Positions 32,942 to 42,893 of a DNA stretch of 64,000 bases are shown here, one piece after another (position 1 is the first letter of the stretch; the number at the start of each line of letters is the position of its first letter). Location of the stretch: contig JAPOWR010000006.1 of assembly GCA_026707545.1 (NCBI GenBank), forward strand, positions 86,927 to 150,926, read 5' to 3'. A program made the position numbers and the translations under genes. Under the pieces are notes generated by a model. The model worked only from the letters and a program-made list of their open reading frames with translations, was not told where the DNA came from and searched no databases. The DNA comes from Acidobacteriota bacterium (lineage in GTDB: Bacteria; Acidobacteriota; Thermoanaerobaculia; Multivoradales; Multivoraceae).

Positions 32942-33405
32942 TCCGCTCCTCCCTGGTCTCCTTCGGCGCCCGCGCGCGGACCACCGAACTTCTTGTGAAG
33001 CCGGACCTTCGTGCCGCCCTCGGCGCCAAAGTCGTACTCGATCTTATCCATGAACTTCCTCATGTAGAAGATTCCCCGGCCCTGTGTCTTCAGCAGGTTG
33101 TCCGGCGCCAGCGGATCCTCCACCGCGGCCGGGTCGAACCCGCTGCCCTCGTCTTCCACCGTGATTTCGATCCCGTCCGCACTCACTTCAAGCGCCACCT
33201 CGACCTTCTTCTCGGGGTCCTGCGCGTTGCCGTGCTTGATCGCGTTGGTCAGCGCCTCCCGCAGCGCGATGCCCATCCAGTAGCCGCTCTCCTCGTCTAC
33301 CTCCAGCGGTTCGAGTACCTCGTCCACCACCGCCAGCACCAGTTCGATGTTCTCGTACCGGCTGCCGACGCTGAGCCGGATGGTCTGCCGAGAGGGTGCG
33401 GACAC
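32938..33405 (-). CDS. Anti-sigma regulatory factor, Ser/Thr protein kinase (RsbW/SpoIIAB-like HATPase_c)
   Basis: GTG 33405, in frame in ORF 32938..33681, lies 14 nt after the dcd stop. N-box ALREALTNAIKHGN and G1 box VEDEGSGFD. ATGA overlap with the STAS gene. Confidence 0.75.
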   Translation of the reverse strand: MSAPSRQTIRLSVGSRYENIELVLAVVDEVLEPLEVDEESGYWMGIALREALTNAIKHGNAQDPEKKVEVALEVSADGIEITVEDEGSGFDPAAVEDPLAPDNLLKTQGRGIFYMRKFMDKIEYDFGAEGGTKVRLHKKFGGPRAGAEGDQGGAE

Positions 33406-33419
33406 GGTCCTGGGCCCGC

Positions 33420-33908
33420 TCAGCTCCGGGCCCGCGTCGCACCGAGCTGGTGCTGATACTTGCTCTTCGCGCCCGGCTCGCCGTACGCGATCTCCGGCTC
33501 CGATTCCATCGCGATGAAGATCAACTGGGCGATCCGCCGGCCGGCGTCGAGCACGAAGGGGACCGGACCGAGGTTCTGCAGTTCGAGCGTGATGTTCCCC
33601 TCGAAGCCCGGATCGCACCAGCCGGCCAGGGAGTGGTTGATCCACAACCGGCCCAGGGTCGACTTGAGCTTCAGGTCGCACGCCACGGAGCGCGGGATGC
33701 GCACGAACTCGAGGGTCGTGGCGAGCACCACCTCGTTCGGAAACAGCTTGACCTTTTCGCCGCGAAACTCCTCCGGGTCGCGCGTGGGGCAGATCCAGTG
33801 GTCCCCGACCCGGACGTCGTAGCTGGCCGCGTTCACCTGCTCGGGTTCGAAGGGGGAGACCCCGCCCCCCTCGCCCCAGGCGCGGATCCAGTGGTCCGGC
33901 TTGATCAC
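33420..33908 (-). CDS. dcd: dCTP deaminase family protein (dUTPase fold)
   Basis: AASYDVRVGD and GWCDPGFEGNITLELQN are family hallmarks. 162 aa. Confidence 0.85.
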   Translation of the reverse strand: MIKPDHWIRAWGEGGGVSPFEPEQVNAASYDVRVGDHWICPTRDPEEFRGEKVKLFPNEVVLATTLEFVRIPRSVACDLKLKSTLGRLWINHSLAGWCDPGFEGNITLELQNLGPVPFVLDAGRRIAQLIFIAMESEPEIAYGEPGAKSKYQHQLGATRARS

Positions 33909-33944
33909 GGCCGCTCCGCCATTGTGCCGTCCACGTTCCCCACC

Positions 33945-34919
33945 TCAGTAGAAGTAGACGGGACCGCCGTCCTCGCCCCGGTGAATCGTCTCGACGAAAC
34001 GAATGACGCCCTCCTTGAGCGACATGGTCAACGTCGACGTCCGGAAGCCGTCACCAAAGAAGCGGACGCCCCGGAGCAGGTCACCGCCGGTGACGCCGGT
34101 GCAGCAGAACAGGATGTCCTCCCCCGGCGCGAGCTCTTCCGTCGTGTAGATGCGGTCGGGATCCTCGATGTCGAACTCGGCGAGCCGCCGCTTCTGCTCG
34201 TCGGAAAGCGCCGACAGCCGCCCCTGAATCTCCCCGCCGAGGCAACGCATCGCCGCCGCCGTGATCACTCCTTCCGGCGCGCCGCCGGCGCCGATCACCG
34301 CGTGGATGCCGGTGCCACGGACCGCCGCCGCGATCGCCGTCGACAGGTCGCCGTCCCCGATCAGCTTGATGCGCGCCCCGGCGGTCCGGATGTCGTCGAT
34401 CAGGCCCCGGTGCCGGTCCCGGTCGAGAACGACCACGGTCAAGGCGCTGACCGCGCAGTCGAAGGCGGCCGCGATCGCCTTCAGGTTGTCCTCTACCGGA
34501 GCGTCCAGGTCGACCTTGCCGCGGGCGGTCGGGCCGACCACGATCTTGTCCATGTAGATGTCGGGCGCGTGGAGCAGGCCGCCGCGCTCGGACGCGGCGA
34601 GCACCGCCATCGCGTCGGAGGCCCCGGTGGCGCAGAGATTCGTCCCCTCCAGCGGGTCGACCGCGAAGTCCACCTGCAAATCGCCCGGGGCCCGGCGGCC
34701 GACCTCTTCGCCGACGTAGAGCATCGGCGCCCTGTCCCGCTCCCCCTCGCCGATCACCACCCGGCCGTCGATCGCCATCTCCGCGAGGACCCCGCGCATC
34801 GCCTCGACGGCGACGTGGTCCGAGTGGTGGCGGTCGCCGTATCCCATCGTCTGGGCGGCCGCGACCGCGGCGGCCTCGGTGACGGCGACGAAGTCGTGGT
34901 CGCGGAGTTCCCCGGTCAC
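33945..34919 (-). CDS. glpX: Class II fructose-1,6-bisphosphatase
   Basis: GTG 34919 overlaps the upstream stop (GTGA). [16 protein letters not shown] and IGDGDLS. Confidence 0.9.
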   Translation of the reverse strand: MTGELRDHDFVAVTEAAAVAAAQTMGYGDRHHSDHVAVEAMRGVLAEMAIDGRVVIGEGERDRAPMLYVGEEVGRRAPGDLQVDFAVDPLEGTNLCATGASDAMAVLAASERGGLLHAPDIYMDKIVVGPTARGKVDLDAPVEDNLKAIAAAFDCAVSALTVVVLDRDRHRGLIDDIRTAGARIKLIGDGDLSTAIAAAVRGTGIHAVIGAGGAPEGVITAAAMRCLGGEIQGRLSALSDEQKRRLAEFDIEDPDRIYTTEELAPGEDILFCCTGVTGGDLLRGVRFFGDGFRTSTLTMSLKEGVIRFVETIHRGEDGGPVYFY

Positions 34920-36163
34920 GAACCGGCCCCAGCGGCGACAGCGGCCGGTGCGCGGTCGGTTGCCGCCTCCCGCGCCTGCCGGCGGCTCATCGGCGGGTTG
35001 AAGGAGGGGATGCCGGTCACCGCGGCGCCGATCACCAGGCCGTGGATGTCGTGGGTGCCCTCGTAGGTGTAGACCGACTCGATGTTCAGCATGTGGCGCA
35101 CCACCGGATACTCGTCGGAGATGCCGTTGGCGCCCAGGATCTCTCGCGCCAGCTTCGCGCATTCGCGCGCGACCCAGACGTTGTTCCGCTTGCACATCGA
35201 GACGTGCTGGGGTTCCATCGTGCCGGCCGTCTTCAGGCCCGCCAACTGGTAGACGAGGAACTGTCCCTTCGTGATCTCGGTGATCATCCAGGCCAGCTTC
35301 TCCTGGACGAGTTGGTGACTGGCGATCGGCTGGCCGGCGAACTGCACCCGCTGGCGGGCGTACTCGAGCGCCGTGTGGTAGCACTCCATCGCCGAACCGA
35401 GGCCGCCCCAGCAGATGCCGTAACGGGCCTGGTTCAGGGTCTGGAGCGCGCTGCCGATGCCGCGGGTCCCCGGCAGGATGTTGCCTTTCGGAATGCGGCA
35501 GTTCTGGAACGAGAGTTCGCCGGTCACCGAGGCCCGGAGCGAGAACTTGCCGTGCTGCTCGGCGCTGACGAAGCCCTCCGTCCCCTTCTCGACGAGGAAC
35601 CCGCGGATCCCTTCGTCGGTGCGCGCCCACACCACGGCGACGTCGGCGACGCTGCCGTTCGTGATCCACTGCTTCGCGCCGTTCAGCACCCAGCAGTCTC
35701 CGTCCCGCCGCGCGCGCGTGCGCATCGCCGAGGGATTCGAACCGAAGTCCGGCTCCGTCAGGCCAAAGCAGCCGATCATCCGCCCGCTCGCCAGTCCGGG
35801 AATGAAGCGGTCCTTCTGCTCCTTCGAGCCGAAGGTCAGGATCGGGTACATGACCAGGGAGCTCTGCACCGAGACCATACTCCGGATGCCCGAGTCGCCG
35901 CGCTCGAGTTCCTGCATGACCAGCCCGTAGGCCACGTCGCCGAGGCCGGGCAGCCCGTACTCCGTGAAGTTCGCCCCGAACAGGTTCAGGTCGCCCAGCT
36001 CAGGCGCCAGTTCCATCGGAGAGCGCGCCTCCCGATGGCACTGCTCGATGATGGGCTTCACCCGTTCGTCGACGAACTGACGGACGGTGTCCCTGATCAG
36101 CCGCTCCTCGCCGCTGAGCAGCGAGTCGAAGTTCATGAAATCAACGCCGGGAAATCGCTCCAA
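34916..36163 (-). CDS. Acyl-CoA dehydrogenase, glutaryl-CoA dehydrogenase-like
   Basis: [21 protein letters not shown] and [18 protein letters not shown] 36163 is preceded by AGGAGG with a 5-nt spacer. Confidence 0.85.
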   Translation of the reverse strand: MERFPGVDFMNFDSLLSGEERLIRDTVRQFVDERVKPIIEQCHREARSPMELAPELGDLNLFGANFTEYGLPGLGDVAYGLVMQELERGDSGIRSMVSVQSSLVMYPILTFGSKEQKDRFIPGLASGRMIGCFGLTEPDFGSNPSAMRTRARRDGDCWVLNGAKQWITNGSVADVAVVWARTDEGIRGFLVEKGTEGFVSAEQHGKFSLRASVTGELSFQNCRIPKGNILPGTRGIGSALQTLNQARYGICWGGLGSAMECYHTALEYARQRVQFAGQPIASHQLVQEKLAWMITEITKGQFLVYQLAGLKTAGTMEPQHVSMCKRNNVWVARECAKLAREILGANGISDEYPVVRHMLNIESVYTYEGTHDIHGLVIGAAVTGIPSFNPPMSRRQAREAATDRAPAAVAAGAGS

Positions 36164-36210
36164 GGCACCCTCCTGGATGGTCTGCGGCAGCGCCGAACCC
36201 TAGCAGTAGG

Positions 36211-37062
36211 ATGCCGGCCGTGACCCTGGTTCGATTCATCCTGCCACTAGTGGCGGGCGTCGCCTGCGCCTGGTGGATCGATCGCTCCACCGCGGCGCGC
36301 GGGCTTCTGCCGCCGCGTTTCGGAAGCGCTACCGGCGAAGGTCTTGAGCGCCGCCTCGCCGCCATGGCACTGCTGGGGCTGGTGCTCTGGATCGGCGTCT
36401 TCGCGGCCGTCGGCCAGATCGGGCTGCCGTCCGTCATGGACCAGATCGACTTCGAGAACCTCTCACCGCTACGGCTGTTCCAGATGCACGCGATTCTGGT
36501 CGCCTTGCTGGCGGCCTGGCTGATGCTCGGCTACTGGCGCTGCGGGCATGGCGCCGGCACCGTCATCATGACCCAGCTCGGCCTGCGCACCCGCACCGGT
36601 CAGTCGATCCCCACCGAGGTGGGAATCGGACTCGGCGCCGGCGTCGTGCTGTGGGGCGGCGTGCTGGCCCTGGTCCTGCTTTCGGCCTTGATCGTCGGCG
36701 CCGCCGGCGGCTTCGAGAACCTTCCCAACGAAGCGCCGCAGATGGTGCTCTGGATGGGGAGCCTGCCACTCCTCCTGCGGCTCATGGTGAGCCTCTCCGC
36801 CGGCGTCGTCGAGGAGGTCTTCTTCCGCGGCTTCCTGATGCCGCGAGCGGGCTTCTGGCTGTCGAACGTCCTGTTCGTGCTGGGCCACATGAGCTACGAG
36901 CAGCCCTTCCTGCTTCTGGGCGTCGCCCTGCTATCGATCGCCTTCAGTTTGCTGACCCTCTGGCGCGGCAACATCTGGCCCGCGATCGTCGCCCACTTCC
37001 TATTCGACGCGATCCAGTTGCTGATCATCGTGCCCTCAGCCGCTGAAGCGGCTGGAGGATAG
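36211..37062 (+). CDS. CPBP-family intramembrane glutamic endopeptidase (CAAX protease-like)
   Basis: The three family motifs are present: VVEEVFFRGFL (EExxxR), FVLGHMSY (FxxxH) and AIVAHFLFDAI (HxxxD/N). Confidence 0.8.
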   Translation: MPAVTLVRFILPLVAGVACAWWIDRSTAARGLLPPRFGSATGEGLERRLAAMALLGLVLWIGVFAAVGQIGLPSVMDQIDFENLSPLRLFQMHAILVALLAAWLMLGYWRCGHGAGTVIMTQLGLRTRTGQSIPTEVGIGLGAGVVLWGGVLALVLLSALIVGAAGGFENLPNEAPQMVLWMGSLPLLLRLMVSLSAGVVEEVFFRGFLMPRAGFWLSNVLFVLGHMSYEQPFLLLGVALLSIAFSLLTLWRGNIWPAIVAHFLFDAIQLLIIVPSAAEAAGG

Positions 37063-37097
37063 GTCCCGCCGCGCCGTCCAGTCCGTCCGACGCCGCC

Positions 37098-38300
37098 TCA
37101 GACCAACAGGCCGGCGATCGTCGCCGTCTGCAGGCAGGCGAGGGTGCCGGCGATCATCGCCCGCAGGCCGAGGCTTGCCAGCTCGCTCTTGCGTTCCGGG
37201 GCGATGCCGCCGATGCCGCCGATCTGGATCGCGATCGACGAGAAGTTCGAGAAGCCGCACAGGGCGTAGGTGGCGATGACACGGGATTTCTCCGACAACT
37301 GGTTCTCGGCCGAGATGTCCTCGAAGCGGGAGTAGGCGACGAACTCGTTGGCCGCGGTCTTCAGGCCGAGGAGCGTTCCAACCGCGTCCGCTTCCACCCA
37401 CGGCACCCCCATGACCCAGGCCAGAGGCCGGAACAGGAAGCCCAGGATCATCTCCAGGTTGAGTCCCGGAAGCCCGATCCAGCCGCCCACCGGCCCGAGC
37501 AGACCGTTGATCAGCGCCACCAGGGCGATGAAGGCGAGCAGCATGGCGCCGACGTTGAGCGCCAGCTTCAGGCCGTCGCCGGCGCCCTGGGCGGCGGCGT
37601 CGATCATGTTCGCCCAGGGCGTCTTCACCTTGAAGTCGGCCTTCGCCGAGACCTTGTCGGTTTCCGTTTCCGGAATCATCAGCTTGGCCATGACCAGGGC
37701 GGCCGGGGCCGACATGACGCTGGCCGCGATCAGGTGGCCGGCCGAGATACCCATGCCAACGTAGGCAGCCATGACACCGCCGGCGACCGTCGCGAAGCCG
37801 CCGGTCATCACCGCCATCAGTTCGGAGCGGGTCATGTTGCCGACGTAGTGGCGGATCAGCAACGGCGCCTCGGTCTGGCCGACGAAGATGTTGGCCGAGG
37901 CGGACAGCGACTCGGGGCCGGAGGTACCCATCACCTTCGTCATCACGACGGCAAAGACCTTGACCACGCGCTGGATCACGCCGAGGTGGTAGAGCACCGC
38001 GACGACGCTCGAGAAGAAGATGATCGTCGGCAGCACGCGGAAGGCGAAGGGGACGAGAGCCACGGCCTCCTCGCCGAAGACGAACTCCGAACCGACGTCG
38101 GCGAACTCGAGGAAAGTGGTCACAGCCGCGGTGGCCCACTCGAAGAACGCCTCCCCCGGCGCCGTCTTCAGAATGAGCAGCGCGAGGACGAACTGGATCC
38201 CGATGCCGGTGGCGACAGTCCGCCAGCGGACCTGCCGGCGATGGGTAGAAAGCAGCCAGGCGATGCCCGGAATGACCAGGAGTCCGATCAGGCCGGTCAT
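37098..38300 (-). CDS. nupC: NupC-family concentrative nucleoside transporter
   Basis: 400 aa polytopic protein. The N-terminal [14 protein letters not shown] and [17 protein letters not shown] segments match the CNT family. Confidence 0.85.
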   Translation of the reverse strand: MTGLIGLLVIPGIAWLLSTHRRQVRWRTVATGIGIQFVLALLILKTAPGEAFFEWATAAVTTFLEFADVGSEFVFGEEAVALVPFAFRVLPTIIFFSSVVAVLYHLGVIQRVVKVFAVVMTKVMGTSGPESLSASANIFVGQTEAPLLIRHYVGNMTRSELMAVMTGGFATVAGGVMAAYVGMGISAGHLIAASVMSAPAALVMAKLMIPETETDKVSAKADFKVKTPWANMIDAAAQGAGDGLKLALNVGAMLLAFIALVALINGLLGPVGGWIGLPGLNLEMILGFLFRPLAWVMGVPWVEADAVGTLLGLKTAANEFVAYSRFEDISAENQLSEKSRVIATYALCGFSNFSSIAIQIGGIGGIAPERKSELASLGLRAMIAGTLACLQTATIAGLLV

Positions 38301-38326
38301 CTATCGACTGACCGCCGGCCCCGCAG

Positions 38327-39283
38327 CTAAGGGCCGCTGGCCTTCAGGAAGCTGAAGTAGTCGCTGTCGGTCGACACGACCAACCAGGTGTTCGGGTCGA
38401 TCGTCTTCTCGAAGGCCTCCATCGTGCGCAGAAACTCGTAGAAGCTCCTCGACTGGACCGACTGGTTGTAGGCCGAGGCGTAGATTTCGGTGGCCTCCGC
38501 GTCGGCCCGGCCCCGGATCTCGGTCGCCTGGCGGTAGGCCTCGGACTCGATCCGCTTCAGGTCGCGGTCCATGTTGCCGAGGATCTCCGACGCCCGGCCC
38601 TGGCCCTGCGACCGGAACCGGTCGGCGATCCGCTGCCGTTCCGAGATCATCCGGTTGAACACGTCCGGCTCGACCTGCTCGCCGTAGTTGATGCGGCGGA
38701 ACTGAACGTCCAGGACTTCGATGCCGAGATCGTCGGTACGCGTCTGCGCCGCGGCCAGGATGTCCTGCCGGATCTCGTCCCGGCCGGTCACGATCTCTTC
38801 GAGGCCGCCGCCCGCGTCCTCTTCGAGGCCGCCGCCCGCCTCCGGATACGACTCGTCGGCGGCCGCCTCGCGGTTCGAACTGCGGATGACCTCGATCAGG
38901 TCGTGGTTGGCGATCGCGTTGCGGGTCTCGCCGTCCAGGATGTCGTCGAGCCGCGACTGCGCGCCGCGCTCGTCGCGCAACCGCTGGAAGAAGAGCAGCG
39001 GATCCGAGATCCGCCAGCGGGCGTAGGTGTCGACGAAGATGAACACCTTGTCGCGGGTCGGCAGCTCCTCCGCCGCGCCCTGCCACTCCAGGAAGCGGCG
39101 GTCGAAGTACTGCGCCTTCCGCCAGGGCAGCTTGAACTTGAGCCCCGGCGTGTCGATCGCGTCGCCGACCGGGCGGCCGAACTCGGTGATGATCGCCTGG
39201 CGGTCCTCCCGCACGACGAACAGCGACAGGTTGGCCAGCAGCAGCAGCACCAGGACCAGCAGAACGCCCAGGATCCTCTTCAC
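38327..39283 (-). CDS. hflC: Protease modulator HflC (SPFH/band 7)
   Basis: N-terminal TM helix and SPFH core (VVREDRQAIITEFGRP). It follows hflK with a 4-nt overlap. Confidence 0.85.
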   Translation of the reverse strand: MKRILGVLLVLVLLLLANLSLFVVREDRQAIITEFGRPVGDAIDTPGLKFKLPWRKAQYFDRRFLEWQGAAEELPTRDKVFIFVDTYARWRISDPLLFFQRLRDERGAQSRLDDILDGETRNAIANHDLIEVIRSSNREAAADESYPEAGGGLEEDAGGGLEEIVTGRDEIRQDILAAAQTRTDDLGIEVLDVQFRRINYGEQVEPDVFNRMISERQRIADRFRSQGQGRASEILGNMDRDLKRIESEAYRQATEIRGRADAEATEIYASAYNQSVQSRSFYEFLRTMEAFEKTIDPNTWLVVSTDSDYFSFLKASGP

Positions 39284-40317
39284 GGCGTTCCCTCCCCGGC
39301 CTGCTGCGCCGCGACCTGCCGCGCCGTCCTCGCCGTGCTGACTCCCTCAAAGCTCATGATCGGCGTCAGGCCGTCGACGTCCTCGTCGACGACGATCTTC
39401 CGGCCCACCTTCGGCAGCACCCGCTCCATCGTCTCGATGAACAGCCGCTTTCGCGTCACCTCCGGCGCCTGGCGGAACTCCGCGTAGAGGGCGTTGAAAC
39501 GCGTCGCGTCGCCCTGGGCCCGGTTGACCCGATCGAGCGCGTAGCCCTCCGCCTGCTGGATCGTCTGCAGAGCCTGCCCCTCGGCCCGGGGGATGACCCG
39601 GTTGTACTCCGCCTCGGCTTCATTCACCAGCCGTTCGAGCTCCTGCTCCGCCTGGTTGACCGCGTTGAAGGACGGCTTGACCGGCTCGGGCGGATTGTTG
39701 CTCTGGAGCACCACCTGGTCGATGTCGATCCCGGTCTCGTACTGGTCGCAGAGTTCCTGCAGGTCGCGCCTGACCGTGCCCTCGATCTCGGCCCGGCCGA
39801 CCGTGAGAACCTCGTTCACCGTGCGGTCGCCGACCACCTTGCGCATGACCGCCTCGCTCATGTCGCGGAAGGTGTCGTCCAGGTTGCGAACGCGGTACAG
39901 GTACTGGTACGGGTCGACGACCCGGTACTGCACCACCCACTCGACCACCGCCGCGTTCAGGTCGCCCGTCAGCATGTTCGCCTCCTCCGCGTTGCCCACG
40001 AAGGAGCTGCGCACTGCCACGCTCTCGCTGCGGAAGCCGAACTCCTGCTTCAACTGGCGTCTGACCGGCACCTTTTCCAGTTGGTCGACCACCGGGATCT
40101 TGAAATTCAGGCCCGGATCCCTCGTGCCGGCGTACTTCCCGAGACGGAGGATGACCCCCACCTCCTCGGGCTGCACCGTGTAGACGCTGGACAGGGCCAG
40201 GAGGCCGGCCACCACCACCACCGCGATGATCTTGAGGCCGCCCAGCCGATCGCGGACGGCCTTCCCCAGGTTGTCGAGATCGAGCGGGCTGTTCCCGCCG
40301 CCGAAGTTGTCTGCCAT
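39280..40317 (-). CDS. hflK: Protease modulator HflK (SPFH/band 7)
   Basis: TM helix and SPFH core (VQPEEVGVILRLGKY). Paired with hflC. Confidence 0.85.
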   Translation of the reverse strand: MADNFGGGNSPLDLDNLGKAVRDRLGGLKIIAVVVVAGLLALSSVYTVQPEEVGVILRLGKYAGTRDPGLNFKIPVVDQLEKVPVRRQLKQEFGFRSESVAVRSSFVGNAEEANMLTGDLNAAVVEWVVQYRVVDPYQYLYRVRNLDDTFRDMSEAVMRKVVGDRTVNEVLTVGRAEIEGTVRRDLQELCDQYETGIDIDQVVLQSNNPPEPVKPSFNAVNQAEQELERLVNEAEAEYNRVIPRAEGQALQTIQQAEGYALDRVNRAQGDATRFNALYAEFRQAPEVTRKRLFIETMERVLPKVGRKIVVDEDVDGLTPIMSFEGVSTARTARQVAAQQAGEGTP

Positions 40318-40448
40318 AAGGCCCTCAGGCTATGCCATCGACCCCCCGATGACAACCTGTGAAGCGCCGAAACTCCCCGGCCGGCAAGGAAACCCGGCGT
40401 GCTGGAGAACGCCTTCCGGTGGCCCGTTCAGGCGGTAGTCTCGCCGCC

Positions 40449-42893
40449 ATGCCGCCGCGCTTCGACGACGACGCGAGGACGCTCCAACTGTCCGTGGCGG
40501 ACCTGCTCGACCACCGCTCCGCCCGACACCTCGGGTTCGCCAACCGCGGAGGATTCGAGCGGCTCTGGGTCGGTCAGGCGATCCACAGCCGCTACCAGGA
40601 ACAGGCGATGGAGCGCGAGCCGACCTACCGGCGCGAAGTCGAACTCTCACTGGAGTTCGTTCATCGCGGCTGGCAGGTGACGCTGACCGGCCGCGCCGAC
40701 GGCGTCTACACGGACGAGGACGGCGTTCTGGCGATCGAGGAGATCAAGTCCGTACGCCCGAACACCGAGCCCTCACCGGGCCTGCTGGCGACCTACCGGC
40801 TGCAGGCGGCGATCTACGGCTTCATCCTCCACCGGTCAGGCGCGGATCCGCTCCCGGTCCGGGCCGAACTGGTCCTGATCGAGATCGGCACCGCCGGGAT
40901 CGAGCGGCTGGACGTCGAACTCGACTGGGCCGAACTCGACAACCGGATCCGGGCGCAGCTCAACGCCCTCGTGCAGGACTACGAGGCGGCGCGCGCACAT
41001 CGCCAGCGTCGCCAGCTCGCGGCCGAACGGCTCGAGTTCCCCTTCCATCGACCACGGCCCGGCCAGCAGGAGATCATCGACCGCACGGGAATCGCGGTCG
41101 AGCAGAGGGAGCACCTGCTGGTCCAGGCGCCGACCGGTCTGGGCAAGACCGCGGCTGTCCTGTTCCCGGTCCTGCGCGAGGCGCTGGCGCGGGACCTCCG
41201 GGTGTTCGTCCTCACCGCGAAGAACACCCAACAGGCAATGGCCAACCGGGTGATCGACCTGTTGAACCCCGAGCGCGCCTTCCACGCGCTGCACCTGCGA
41301 GCCAAGGCCCGCATGTGCGCGAACGACGAGATCATCTGCCACGAGGACTACTGCCAGTACGCCCGCGACTACTACGTCAAGCTGCAGCGCAGCCAACTCC
41401 TGCCGCGCCTGCTCGAAGAGCACAGCCTGCTCGAGCCGGACGCGATCTACGACGCGTCGAAGCGAGATCGCGTCTGTCCGTTCGAGATCAGCCTGGAACT
41501 CGGGCGCCAGGTCCAGGTCGTCGTCGGGGACTACAACTACGCCCTCGACCCCTTCGTCAAGCTGACCGAGTTCCAGGGCGACGCGGACCTCTCCGGCACC
41601 GTCCTGATCGTCGACGAGATCCACAACCTCGTCGACCGCGGACGCGGCTACTACAGCCCCGAACTGACCGCGCAGAGCTGCCGGGACGCCGCGGCGAGCC
41701 TGCGCCGGGCGGGCCGCGGCACGGAAGGCGGGCCGACACAGCGCCTCCGGGAACTCTGCGCCGGCCTGGAGGAGCTGATCCGGGACGAGGTCGACCTGGC
41801 AGTCGACCTGCCCGACCGCAACGCCGTGGCTGAGGGAGCCGCGCCCGAAGAGCAACTCTGGCGCCTGCGGCCCGCCTTCGACCGCGGCTTCGTGGACTAC
41901 CTGGAGTTCCGCCGCGACACCCGCTCGTTCGCCGCGAACGACGCCTTCGTCGAGCTCTACTTCAAGCTGCTCCGGTTCCTCAACACCCTCCAGCTCGCTG
42001 CCTCGCCGAAACACGCAGAGTCCTTCAGCTTCCTCTTCCGGCGCACCGCCGGTGAACCCAGCTTCAGCCTGCTCTGCAAGGACGCGAGCGCGTTCCTCGG
42101 CGCGACGATCAACCGTTGCCGCTCCTGTATCGGCCTCTCGGCGACCCTTCAGCCGTTCGAGTTCTACCGCGACCTGCTCGGCTTCGACGGCGCGCGCACC
42201 TCGACCCTCGAGGTGCCGAGCGCCTTCCCGGCCGGGAACCGGCGGATCGTCGTCGACACGTCGGTCACGACGACGTACCGAGCCCGCGACGACAACTACG
42301 GCCCGATCGCCGAGCGGCTATCCGAGTTCGCGTGCTCGGTGCCCGGGAACTCGATGGCGATCTTCCCCAGCTACCGGTTCCTCGCCGAGGTCGAGGAACG
42401 ATTGCCCGATTGCGGCCGCAACGTGGTCGTCCAGCAGCAGACGACCAGCGAAGCGCGGCGCCAGGAAGTGCTCGACGCGCTGACCAGTCCGCTGGCCGGC
42501 GACACCCTGCTCCTGGCGGTGGCGGGGGGCGTGTTCTCCGAGGGCGTCGACTACCCGGGCGATGCCCTGCTCGCGGTCGCCGTCGTCGGCCCCTGCCTGC
42601 CCGCGGTGACGGTGGAGCAGAAACTCCTGCAGACCTACTACGACGAGCGCTTCGAGCGCGGCTTCGAGTACGCCTTCGTCGTGCCGGGCATGACCCGCGT
42701 GGTCCAGGCCGCCGGCCGGCTGATCCGTTCCGCCGACGACCGCGGCGTGATCGCCCTCCTCGACCGCCGTTTCCTCCAGCGGCCCTACCGCAAGCACCTC
42801 CCGGCCGAGTGGTGGCCGGAGTCGGAGGATGCGGATGGCGCCGGGCTCGCGGGTCACCCCGCGACCACCGCCGCCGCGTTCTTCAGCCCATGA
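40449..42893 (+). CDS. XPD/DinG-family (Rad3-like, Fe-S) DNA helicase with an N-terminal PD-(D/E)XK nuclease-like domain
   Basis: N-terminal GRADGVYTDEDGVLAIEEIKS carries a D...E-x-K nuclease pattern. Walker A LVQAPTGLGKTAAVL and DEAH-box LIVDEIHNL. Four Cys (RMCANDEIICHEDYCQY...RVCPFE) lie between the motifs, as in XPD Fe-S domains. ATG 40449 is preferred over track start 40359. Confidence 0.8.
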   Translation: MPPRFDDDARTLQLSVADLLDHRSARHLGFANRGGFERLWVGQAIHSRYQEQAMEREPTYRREVELSLEFVHRGWQVTLTGRADGVYTDEDGVLAIEEIKSVRPNTEPSPGLLATYRLQAAIYGFILHRSGADPLPVRAELVLIEIGTAGIERLDVELDWAELDNRIRAQLNALVQDYEAARAHRQRRQLAAERLEFPFHRPRPGQQEIIDRTGIAVEQREHLLVQAPTGLGKTAAVLFPVLREALARDLRVFVLTAKNTQQAMANRVIDLLNPERAFHALHLRAKARMCANDEIICHEDYCQYARDYYVKLQRSQLLPRLLEEHSLLEPDAIYDASKRDRVCPFEISLELGRQVQVVVGDYNYALDPFVKLTEFQGDADLSGTVLIVDEIHNLVDRGRGYYSPELTAQSCRDAAASLRRAGRGTEGGPTQRLRELCAGLEELIRDEVDLAVDLPDRNAVAEGAAPEEQLWRLRPAFDRGFVDYLEFRRDTRSFAANDAFVELYFKLLRFLNTLQLAASPKHAESFSFLFRRTAGEPSFSLLCKDASAFLGATINRCRSCIGLSATLQPFEFYRDLLGFDGARTSTLEVPSAFPAGNRRIVVDTSVTTTYRARDDNYGPIAERLSEFACSVPGNSMAIFPSYRFLAEVEERLPDCGRNVVVQQQTTSEARRQEVLDALTSPLAGDTLLLAVAGGVFSEGVDYPGDALLAVAVVGPCLPAVTVEQKLLQTYYDERFERGFEYAFVVPGMTRVVQAAGRLIRSADDRGVIALLDRRFLQRPYRKHLPAEWWPESEDADGAGLAGHPATTAAAFFSP

